The notes under the pieces: model-generated
Told to the model about the DNA's origin: nothing
Database searches by the model: none
The model's input: only the letters and a program-made list of their open reading frames with translations
Origin: an uncultured Gemmatimonadales bacterium
GTDB taxonomy: Bacteria > Gemmatimonadota > Gemmatimonadetes > Gemmatimonadales > GWC2-71-9
Length of the DNA: 64,000 nt
Assembly: GCA_963798915.1 (NCBI GenBank)
Contig: CAWCVB010000002.1
Span: 608,001-672,000, forward strand
Direction of reading: 5' to 3'
Position numbers and translations under genes: made by a program
In this document: positions 27,546 to 35,528 of the stretch, piece by piece
Layout of the letters: every line of letters starts with the position of its first letter
Position numbering within the stretch: the first letter of the stretch is position 1

Positions 27546-28015
27546 CCCTGCCGCTATTGCTCGGGGGGTGCGGACGTGCTGACCGGATGACGGTCAGCTG
27601 GACCGGCGCCGACACCGGTCAGGCCACCTTGCGGGCTCAGGCGGTGCGCTGCGGGTCCGACCTGCAGCTGTTTGCGACCGCCGGGGACACGGGCGTAGCG
27701 ATGATACTGTATCCGAAGACCAAAGTGCTTCAATCCGGCGCCTCCAGCGCGACGAGCGCCGACTTGCCAATCCTGGCGCCGACGGAGGCACGGGAAACCC
27801 GCCCGGCCGCGGCCATTGCAGCGCGTTGGCTCGACTCGGCCCGCGTCTCAGGATATCGCGGTGTCGAGGGCACGGTGCGCGTCGGACGCCGGGGCGACAG
27901 ACTGACCGGCCAGTTCCGGGCGCTGCTGCGGCGCGATGGCGATCTGGCTGAAGTGACCCTGGGCGGGCGCTTTGCACGTGTGCGGGTCGGCGCGTGCCCC
28001 GATTCGGCCGGTTAG
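27509..28015 (+). CDS. Hypothetical lipoprotein
   Basis: Lipobox LLGGC; operon position. Confidence 0.6.
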   Translation: MALRRGLLTHSLTLPLLLGGCGRADRMTVSWTGADTGQATLRAQAVRCGSDLQLFATAGDTGVAMILYPKTKVLQSGASSATSADLPILAPTEARETRPAAAIAARWLDSARVSGYRGVEGTVRVGRRGDRLTGQFRALLRRDGDLAEVTLGGRFARVRVGACPDSAG

Positions 28016-28025
28016 ATTGCCTGGC

Positions 28026-29282
28026 ATGGAATCCACGTACTTTCGCCGCGGCTTCGGCCTCAAGTCGGCGATCGAAGGACAGCTCACTGCGGATTATGCC
28101 AGCTCGGTGGTCGAGGCGCTGCGCGCCAGCGGCCACACGCTCCACGCCGGGCCGTTCACCTTTCGGCTCGCCAAGGAGTTCGGGTTCTGCTACGGCGTGG
28201 ACCGTGCGGTGGATTACGCCTACGAGGCCCGAAGCAAGTTCCCCGACCGGCGGATCTTCCTGGTGGGCGAGATCATCCACAATCCGCACGTCAACGAAAA
28301 GCTTCGCGCCATGGGCGTCATCATCCTGGGGCACGATCCCGAGCGCGCCTTCGACTTCAGTGGCATTACCGCGGCAGACGTCGTGATCCTGCCGGCCTTC
28401 GGGGTCACCATCGGTGACTTCCAGCGGCTTCGGGAGCTTGGCTGCGTTCTGGTCGACACGACCTGCGGGTCGGTGCTCAATGTCTGGAAGCGGGTGGAGA
28501 ATTACGCCAGGGACGGATTCACTGCGGTCATCCACGGCAAGCATTGGCACGAAGAAACCAAGGCCACGGCCAGCCAGGTCAACCGGCACCCCGACGGGAA
28601 GTATCTCGTGGTGCTCGACATGGACGAGGCTCGGCCGGTCTTGGAGTTCATCCGGAACGGCGGCTCTGATGCGGAGGCGGCTCAACTGGCGGAGCGCTTC
28701 CTCAAGGCAACGTCACCCGGCTTCGACTTCCGGAGCGACCTGGTCCGGGTGGGAATCGCCAACCAGACCACCATGCTGTCAAGCGAGTCCCTCGGCATTG
28801 CCGTCGCCTTTGGCCAGGTATTGACCGACCGGTACGGGGCCGACCATGCGGCGGAGCATTTTCGCAGCTTCGATACCATCTGCAGCGCGACCCAGGAGCG
28901 GCAGGACGCCGTCGAAGCGCTCCTGGCGGAGCCGCTCGATGTCATGCTGGTGGTTGGCGGCTACAACTCCAGCAATACCTGCCACCTTGCCGAGTTGGCC
29001 GAGTCACGCGGGGCGCGGGCCTATCACATCGAGGACGCCGACTGCATCGAGACCGACTCCGGCACCATTCGCTTTCAGCCGGTGGGGCAGAAGCGTGAAA
29101 CGCGGCTGGAAGGATGGCTCACTGGAGTCACGGTGGTCGGCATCACGGCCGGCGCCTCGACACCCAACAACAAGATCGGCGAGACCATCGCGCGGATCTG
29201 CCAGACCGTCGGGGCGGGTGCGGAACTGGCGGCGGCGGTCAGCGGGCCAGCAGACAGCGGCCAACAGTCAACCGTCGACTGA
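28026..29282 (+). CDS. ispH: 4-hydroxy-3-methylbut-2-enyl diphosphate reductase
   Basis: GFCYGVDRAV, EIIHNP, DTTC, HEET, NQTTM, DTICSATQERQ, GGYNSSNT, TAGASTP. Confidence 0.96.
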   Translation: MESTYFRRGFGLKSAIEGQLTADYASSVVEALRASGHTLHAGPFTFRLAKEFGFCYGVDRAVDYAYEARSKFPDRRIFLVGEIIHNPHVNEKLRAMGVIILGHDPERAFDFSGITAADVVILPAFGVTIGDFQRLRELGCVLVDTTCGSVLNVWKRVENYARDGFTAVIHGKHWHEETKATASQVNRHPDGKYLVVLDMDEARPVLEFIRNGGSDAEAAQLAERFLKATSPGFDFRSDLVRVGIANQTTMLSSESLGIAVAFGQVLTDRYGADHAAEHFRSFDTICSATQERQDAVEALLAEPLDVMLVVGGYNSSNTCHLAELAESRGARAYHIEDADCIETDSGTIRFQPVGQKRETRLEGWLTGVTVVGITAGASTPNNKIGETIARICQTVGAGAELAAAVSGPADSGQQSTVD

Positions 29283-30200
29283 CGACCGTCGGTCGACGAC
29301 CTCTCTCGCCACCGCGGCGATCGTGAGCGGTGCACATCCTTCCGCCCGGTTGTTCACGATCACGAAGCCGGGCACGCCAAGCTCCTCGATAATCGTCACC
29401 AGCCTCAGCAGGTCCGCCCGGAGCCCCGGGTTGGCCTCACGGATTCGATCGAACGGCGCAAAGGTCTCGACCGATTCGGTGTAGCGCATGCCCGGCGGCT
29501 GCAGCGCCCGGCATACGACAAATGGGGCCAGCGCTGCTGCCCCGGTGTCGAGTTGCTCGCCGATCGTCGGCATCCGAGCCCATGAGTTGAAGACGTGTGC
29601 GGCCCCATGGACCCGCAACACCTCGAAATAGGGCGGCGAGAGAAACGCGGGGTCCCGGAGTTCCACGGCGTAGCTGGCATCGCTGGGCAGCTGCTCCAGG
29701 AACCGATCGAGCCGATCGGCAAACACCTCGGGGCTGAGCTCCGCGCGCCGATTGAAGGGCGAAAATTCGAACACGAAGGGCCCCATGTGCTGGCCGAAAT
29801 GCTCGCGGTATGGTGCATAGACGGCATCGACAAACAGGCCCGGGTTCAGAAAATTCTGGTTCAGCTCCCCGGCGCGGCGCTTGTCCTGGCCGCGGGTCCA
29901 GGTGTGCACCGTGATCTCCTGCCAGACTTTGCTCACGCAGGGGAAATCGTCAGGCAACTGCCGACTATAGCGTTGCAGTGTCTCGGCTGACGGTGGAGCA
30001 TAGAACGCGGAATCGATGCCGACGGTCCGGAACAAGGGCCAGCGCGCGACCTCGCCCAGCAGGCTGGTTGAGGCATCGCGTTTGGGGTACGGGCCCCGGT
30101 AGATCAGTCCGGTCCATCCGGGATAGGTCCAGGATGACGGGCCGAAACGCAGCAGGGGCGGGAGGCCGGCGGCGAGGCGCTTCAGCTCGTCAGGAGTCAT
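29268..30200 (-). CDS. DUF72 family protein
   Basis: FGPSSWTYPGW, TVGIDSAFYAPP, YAVELRD, VNNRAEGCAP. Confidence 0.88.
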   Translation of the reverse strand: MTPDELKRLAAGLPPLLRFGPSSWTYPGWTGLIYRGPYPKRDASTSLLGEVARWPLFRTVGIDSAFYAPPSAETLQRYSRQLPDDFPCVSKVWQEITVHTWTRGQDKRRAGELNQNFLNPGLFVDAVYAPYREHFGQHMGPFVFEFSPFNRRAELSPEVFADRLDRFLEQLPSDASYAVELRDPAFLSPPYFEVLRVHGAAHVFNSWARMPTIGEQLDTGAAALAPFVVCRALQPPGMRYTESVETFAPFDRIREANPGLRADLLRLVTIIEELGVPGFVIVNNRAEGCAPLTIAAVAREVVDRRSSVDG

Positions 30201-30512
30201 GAGTCGTGAGTGGCAGGTCGAGAGTCATGAGACAAGAGTCGGGGTAGCACCGGGATTGTCATTCCGAGCACAGCGAGGAATCTTGCCCGCAGTGCTTCGG
30301 AGCCGGCTGAGTAGATCCTTCGCTTTGCTCAGCAGTGGCGGGAGGCTAAGGGCGAGGCGCTTCAGCTCGTCATGGGTCATGGGTTGTGAGTGGCAGGTCG
30401 AGAGTCATGAGACAAGAGTCGGGGTAGCACCGGGATTGTCATTCCGAGCACAGCGAGGAATCTTGCCCGCAGTGCTTCGGAGCCGGCTGAGTAGATCCTT
30501 CGCTTCGCTCAG
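30150..30512. repeat. 180-bp direct tandem duplication
   Basis: 30151-30330 matches 30331-30510 with 10 mismatches; 30206-30325 is identical. Confidence 0.95.
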
Positions 30513-30519
30513 GATGACA
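30437..30519. repeat. Bipartite palindromic element TGTCATTCCGAGC...GCTCAGGATGACA (truncated copy at 30257-30332)
   Basis: Inverted termini plus internal AATCT/AGATC arms; translates to the VILSEAKDL / SFASLRMT shadow peptides. Confidence 0.75.
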
Positions 30520-30588
30520 GATCGCGCGGACCGACGACTGACGACCGACGAGCGACGACCACCAGCCCATTCCGCCCATCCCGCCCTC

Positions 30589-31763
30589 TCACGACGCACC
30601 TTTCACGATCCGGTAGACGCTTCCGTTCGCGCTCATGACGTACAGCTCGCCGGCTGCATCCTCGCCAAAACTCGGGATGCTGCCGCCGGGAGCCAGCGAA
30701 GGCCAGGAGCGCTCGTCGGTGGCCTTGCCGTTCTCCATCCGGAAACTCTTCACCCATCCACTGCAATAGTCGGCGTAGAAGTAGTGGCCGTCCAATGCGG
30801 GAATGCGCTTGCCACGGTAAACGTAGCCTCCGCTCACGGAACACCCGTCGCTGTGGTGATACTGGACCACCGGGAGAACGAGGCCGGTCGTGTCGCACGA
30901 CCGGCCGCCATAGCACGACCTGCCTTCCATCCGGTTCCAGCCATAGTTGGCGCCCCGCCCTCCGCCATCGGCGCGAGGCGAGACGTCCACCTCTTCGATC
31001 TCGTTCTGTCCCACGTCGGCGATGTAAAGGTCTCCCGAGACCCGGTCAAAGCTGAAACGCCAGGGGTTCCGCAACCCGATGTTCCAGACCTCGCCCCGGG
31101 CGCCGACGCTGTCGGCCCATGGATTGTCGGCTGGGACGGCGTACCCGGAATCGGCCGCGACGTCCAGGCGCAGGATGGAGCCCAGGAGGTCAGCGGCGCT
31201 CTGGCCGTGTCCCTGAGGATCGCCTCCTGACCCCCCGTCACCCATGCCAATGTAGAGGTAGCCGTCAGGACCGAACGCGAGCTGGCCGCCATTGTGGTTG
31301 CTGTATGGTTGCGCCACGGTCAGCAGCACGTGCGCGCTTGAGGCATCGGCCTGGTCCGGGTCCGCGCTGACGTGAAACTGCACGATCCGGGTGTCGCCAT
31401 CCGTGCCGGTATAGTCCACGAAGAACCGGCCATTGCTCGTGTAATCCGGATGGAAGGCGAGGCCCAGCAGGCCCTGTTCGCCGCCACCCGACACCTCGGC
31501 CGACAGGTCAAGGAATGGCTTGGCCAGCACCGAGTCTCCCTCGATGATGCGGATACGTCCGCCCTTTTCGACCACGAAGAGGCGCGTGTCGCCTGGAGGG
31601 CTGGTGAGGTAGAGGGGGAAAGCCAGGTCTGAAGCCACGCGCTGGAGCACAACACGTCGCTGGTGTCGGGAGCGGTATCGGATGGCGCGCCGTTGCCGTT
31701 GCTGCAGGCCGCTGCGACAAGACTGACGACGGCGCCAACGAGTTGCAGCAGAAACTGGTGCAT
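30589..31763 (-). pseudogene. PQQ-dependent sugar dehydrogenase (GSDH family) lipoprotein with -1 frameshift after the signal peptide (probably a sequencing error)
   Basis: EQGLLGLAFHP, NHNGGQLAFGPDGYLYIGMGDGG, GLRNPWRFSFD; ATG 31763 and lipobox VAAAC lie in another frame; total length 1175 nt. Confidence 0.85.
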
Positions 31764-31889
31764 GTCCGTCCCTCGGCAGAGTCCTTGGAATAGTATCGCC
31801 GGGATGGTTTTGGCGCCGGACCTTCCCACCGGGCTCCGATAGCATCCAGATTGCCTGCGTGAGTGCTTCATCAATGGGAGAGGGAAAGC

Positions 31890-32870
31890 ATGCATGAGAT
31901 CTACTATGCCGGTGCTGGTGGTCCGGATGTCATCCAGAAGCGCGAGGCCCCGGCGCCGGATCCAGGCGAGCACGAGGTGCTGGTCCGGGTCGCCGCGACC
32001 GGACTCAACCGCGCTGACCTGCTTCAACGCGAAGGCAGGTATCCAGCGCCGGCTGGCTGGCCTTCCGACGTGCCGGGACTGGAATTCTCGGGTATCGTGC
32101 AGGCGTCCGGAAACGGGGTGACCCGGTGGCAACCGGGTGACCGGGTGATGGGGCTCATCGGTGGCGGTGCGCTGGCGGAGATGGTCGTTGCCCATGAGGC
32201 GGAACTGCTGCCGGTGCCGGATGTGATGGCGCTGGTCGATGCGGCTGCCGTACCCGAGGCCTTCCTGACGGCATTCGATGCGCTCCGGATCCGGGCGCGA
32301 CTCCAGTCCGGCGAGCGGCTGCTGATTCATGCCATTGGAAGCGGGGTGGGGACGGCAGCGCTCCAGCTGGGCAAGCTGGCAGGTGCGACCGTCGTGGGTA
32401 CTTCCCGAACTGCAGCGAAGCTGAAGCGCGCGGCAAACCTGGGGCTGGATCTGGGGATTGATACGTCTGCCGGCCGGTTTCCGGATGCCATGCGTGAACC
32501 GGTGGATGTGGTGCTCGACGTGCTGGGTGGGCCCGCGCTGACAGCGAATCTCGCGGTGCTGGCGCAGCGGGGCCGGCTGATCCTGGTGGGACTCCTGCAG
32601 GGCGGGGCCAGTGAAATGTCACTGGACCCGGTGCTGCACAAGCGCCTGGAGATCGTCGGCACGGTCATGCGATCGCGCTCCCACGCAGAACGCGCGGAAC
32701 TGGTGCGTTCCTTTGCCGAGGCCGTGCTGCCCGCCTTGTGGGATGGCCGGCTCGCGCCGGTGGTGGACAGCCGCTACGCGATGGACGACGTAGCGGCGGC
32801 GCACGCACGGATGGCGAGCAACGAGAGCTTTGGGAAGATTGTCATCACGGTGGGCGGCGAAAAAGAGTGA
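31890..32870 (+). CDS. NAD(P)H:quinone oxidoreductase, PIG3/zeta-crystallin family
   Basis: GLNRADLLQREGRYP, PGLEFSG, HAIGSGVGTAA, GKIVI. Confidence 0.92.
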   Translation: MHEIYYAGAGGPDVIQKREAPAPDPGEHEVLVRVAATGLNRADLLQREGRYPAPAGWPSDVPGLEFSGIVQASGNGVTRWQPGDRVMGLIGGGALAEMVVAHEAELLPVPDVMALVDAAAVPEAFLTAFDALRIRARLQSGERLLIHAIGSGVGTAALQLGKLAGATVVGTSRTAAKLKRAANLGLDLGIDTSAGRFPDAMREPVDVVLDVLGGPALTANLAVLAQRGRLILVGLLQGGASEMSLDPVLHKRLEIVGTVMRSRSHAERAELVRSFAEAVLPALWDGRLAPVVDSRYAMDDVAAAHARMASNESFGKIVITVGGEKE

Positions 32871-32886
32871 TGCTCTTGCGCCCGCT

Positions 32887-33921
32887 TCAGAGCAGCGGCA
32901 GCTGGGAGCCTGTTCCCGGCCGCTCAATGGCGGCGTCGGTTGATCCCGCCCGGAACTGGCGGTCGCCCACCGGGAAGCCATGGCGGGCTTTGAGCATATC
33001 GAGGCGCTCCCGGAGCGCCGTGCGATAGGCATCCGGCGGGTGATCCTGCGTGCCGTATGCCCGGTGGTACCGCGCCGCCAGCTCGGGAAACTCGCGTTCG
33101 AGTTGGGGAATGAAGGAGCGGCGGGCGGCCGGACCCAGCCGCAGTGACGACCCGTCCACGAAGCTGGCGTCGGCCCGACGGGCGGCGCCGATCAGCGCGT
33201 CCAGGTCCTGGGAAGAATCGGTAATGCCAGGGAGAATGGGCGCGATCAGCATTCCAGCATCGATTCCCGCCGAGCGGAGCGCCGCCAATGCGCGAAGCCG
33301 CGCCGAGGGGGTGGCGGTTCGCACCTCCAGGCGCCGGGCGAGCAGCCGGTGGATGGTGGCAAGCGATACGTGCACGCGGACATCATGGGCTTGCGCCAGT
33401 TGACAGAGCAGGGCGGAATCGCGGACGACCAGCGGTGACTTGGTGATGATCTCGATTCGGAGGTTCGCAAAGGACCGAAGCGCTTCAAGGATCGAACGAG
33501 TAATGCCGAAGCTGCGCTCGGCGGGCTGGTATGGATCGGTGGAGGAGCCAATGACGAGATAGGCCGTCGCCATCTCGCGACCGCTCAAGGCACGGCTCAA
33601 CAGGGCGCCAGCGTTCTGCTTGACCAGAATGTTCCGCTCGAAGGATTCCGCCGCTGGCAGCAGCGGCAGTGACGCAGGCAGGACACCGGAGGCGGATGCA
33701 CGCTCCAGGGTGTAGCGGTGGGTATCCCTCGCATAGCAGTACGAGCAGCCGAACTCACATCCTACATACGGATTGACCGACCAGAACGGCATCCCGGTGG
33801 CAGACGGGCTGTTGAGCACAGTGCGGGCCGGCAACTGGAAGAACCGGGCGCCGCGAGCGCGCTTATCAAGCAGCTCCCAACGTGCCAGTTCGGGGTCGAG
33901 CAGCGTAAGCTGGCGTGCCAT
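32887..33921 (-). CDS. Radical SAM protein, spore photoproduct lyase-like (Rv2578c/PA0069 type)
   Basis: NPYVGCEFGCSYCYAR (CxxxCxxC), SSTDPYQPAE, ITKSPLVVRD, APILPGITD. Confidence 0.9.
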   Translation of the reverse strand: MARQLTLLDPELARWELLDKRARGARFFQLPARTVLNSPSATGMPFWSVNPYVGCEFGCSYCYARDTHRYTLERASASGVLPASLPLLPAAESFERNILVKQNAGALLSRALSGREMATAYLVIGSSTDPYQPAERSFGITRSILEALRSFANLRIEIITKSPLVVRDSALLCQLAQAHDVRVHVSLATIHRLLARRLEVRTATPSARLRALAALRSAGIDAGMLIAPILPGITDSSQDLDALIGAARRADASFVDGSSLRLGPAARRSFIPQLEREFPELAARYHRAYGTQDHPPDAYRTALRERLDMLKARHGFPVGDRQFRAGSTDAAIERPGTGSQLPLL

Positions 33922-33924
33922 GCG

Positions 33925-34077
33925 TCAGCCGCACCTGCCCCAGCCACAATGTGCGCATGCGACGCAGCCAGAGGCGTGCACCAGTGGCCCGGCACATTCG
34001 GGGCAGACGCGGAGCAGAACGGTGGGGGCCAGACGACCAGTGCGGGGGCGAGCGGCAAGAATGGGCGGACAGGACAT
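33925..34077 (-). CDS. 50-aa Zn-ribbon protein (resembles the C-terminal ribbon of class II RNR)
   Basis: GAGG RBS; CPECAGPLVHASGCVACAHCGWGRCG. Confidence 0.65.
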   Translation of the reverse strand: MSCPPILAARPRTGRLAPTVLLRVCPECAGPLVHASGCVACAHCGWGRCG

Positions 34078-34103
34078 GAAGCGCCTCAACGATCGGTGTC
34101 TCC

Positions 34104-34134
34104 CCGAAATTACCGAAGAAACACCGAAAGTCAA
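34104..34134 (-). promoter_or_regulatory. Sigma70 promoter overlapped by TTCGG direct repeats (candidate SOS box)
   Basis: TTGACT-TTCGGTGTTTCTTCGG-TAATTT; TTCGG-N6-TTCGG in the spacer and a third copy overlapping the -10. Confidence 0.6.
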
Positions 34135-34155
34135 GTTGCCTGAATCTTCATTCCT

Positions 34156-35439
34156 TCAGCTGCAGCTGTCGGGCGTCTTGCCGTTCTTGACGTTAAACAA
34201 ACCGGAACTCACCGAGTCCGCGGCGAAGGCCTGGACGTCCGGGTCGGAGGCAGACGGAACGGTGTGGGCCACCAGTCGGTAGCCGCCCGCCTTGTTCACC
34301 GATGCCGTAGCAAACGTCGCAAGCCCGTCCGCGTCAGTGTCGGCCTGATCATGGCAGACCGCCACGAACGAACCTTCGTTCTTCAGCGCCGAAAGCTGGA
34401 CCCGGACGCCTTCCCACGGCGTGCCATTCTGTGCGGTCGCCTTGACGGTCACGATGCTTCCGCCCTGACCCCGCAAGGGCTCATTTGCGGCTCCGTTGGT
34501 CGGCTCATGAACGAACGTGAGATTCACGCTGCCGGGAAAGACCACCTCGTGCGGGCTGAAATTCCGCACCGTGCCGCCGACGCCGCCTGATGCAGCGGCC
34601 AGGGCGAGTGAGAGCCCGGACGCCGCCGACCGCAGCGTCGGCTCCGAGGCCTGAACGCAAGTCAGGAATTCCCCACTGGCGACAGGCAAGACGTGCGAGG
34701 TCTTCTGGACCCTGAGTTGCGCGTTGTCAAACCCCTGCGGATTCACGTTGGGGCAGAGCGCGACCACGCCATCGCCCAGCAGCGCGCTTGGCTGGGTCGC
34801 GGGCGGCGTCACGGGGCGAGCAACGGAGATGTCCATGGCGTAGCCACCGAACACTTCGACGCCGAACGTAACAATTGGGTAACCATAGAAGAGCCCGCGT
34901 CCGCTGAGCCAGGTTCCGAAGCCCGCAGCGGGAGGCTGGACACCTCCCTTGGCGTCGTGGGCAATGGCCTCACTGCTGGGATCGGCGCTTCCTCCCCGAA
35001 CCTCATACAATCCCGAACTCCGAAGCGCGGCGCTGAATGCCTCGGCCGTGGCTGCTCCGGTCAGCGCGATGTTGCCGCAGGCGAGACCCAGTGTCGTCAC
35101 CTTGGCACCATCGAGACTGTTCTGCTCGGTCCAGGAGCCGGCAGCATGACCGGCATCGGCCAGCTGGGCCACCTCCGCAAATACGTTGAATACCAACGCG
35201 GTGCCCGCGGCGGTGCCGGCATTCTGGGACGTGATCTGGGAGGCAAGGTCAACCAGCGCGCTGGGTCGGCCGGCCAGGTCAGCGGCGGCCTTGACCAGGT
35301 CGTTGGGCGAACAGGAGGAGCTGGGCGGCGGCGCACCCGGCTTCAAGGACGCATTGGTTGCAACAGGGGTGCTGGCGTCGCAGGCACCGAGCAAAAGCAC
35401 GGTTCCCGCCGCGAGCGTGAAGGTGAGGCTTCGGCGCAT
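34156..35439 (-). CDS. Hypothetical lipoprotein with C-terminal Ig-like domain
   Basis: Lipobox LLGAC; GVRVQL..TDADGLATF..GYRLVA Big-like strands. Confidence 0.7.
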   Translation of the reverse strand: MRRSLTFTLAAGTVLLLGACDASTPVATNASLKPGAPPPSSSCSPNDLVKAAADLAGRPSALVDLASQITSQNAGTAAGTALVFNVFAEVAQLADAGHAAGSWTEQNSLDGAKVTTLGLACGNIALTGAATAEAFSAALRSSGLYEVRGGSADPSSEAIAHDAKGGVQPPAAGFGTWLSGRGLFYGYPIVTFGVEVFGGYAMDISVARPVTPPATQPSALLGDGVVALCPNVNPQGFDNAQLRVQKTSHVLPVASGEFLTCVQASEPTLRSAASGLSLALAAASGGVGGTVRNFSPHEVVFPGSVNLTFVHEPTNGAANEPLRGQGGSIVTVKATAQNGTPWEGVRVQLSALKNEGSFVAVCHDQADTDADGLATFATASVNKAGGYRLVAHTVPSASDPDVQAFAADSVSSGLFNVKNGKTPDSCS

Positions 35440-35528
35440 GGGGTGTCGCTTCTTTCAAGTTCTGACGATGATTTTCGCTGTGACTACAGCGGTTGATGAT
35501 GCATGCTCCCGACCACCCCCGCAAGGGC

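Noticed and set aside
30150..30519. CRISPR-like or IS-like element
   Set aside because: Only two contiguous copies, no unique spacers, and no cas or transposase gene
30199..31230. 343-aa plus-strand ORF with an internal repeat
   Set aside because: Shadow of the duplication and of the antisense GSDH gene
33919..33927. The Zn-ribbon ORF's TGA is in frame with the radical SAM ATG (CG-UGA-R-M), suggesting Sec readthrough fusion
   Set aside because: Such ribbons naturally end in CG-stop, there is no convincing SECIS hairpin, and the rSAM gene has its own ATG
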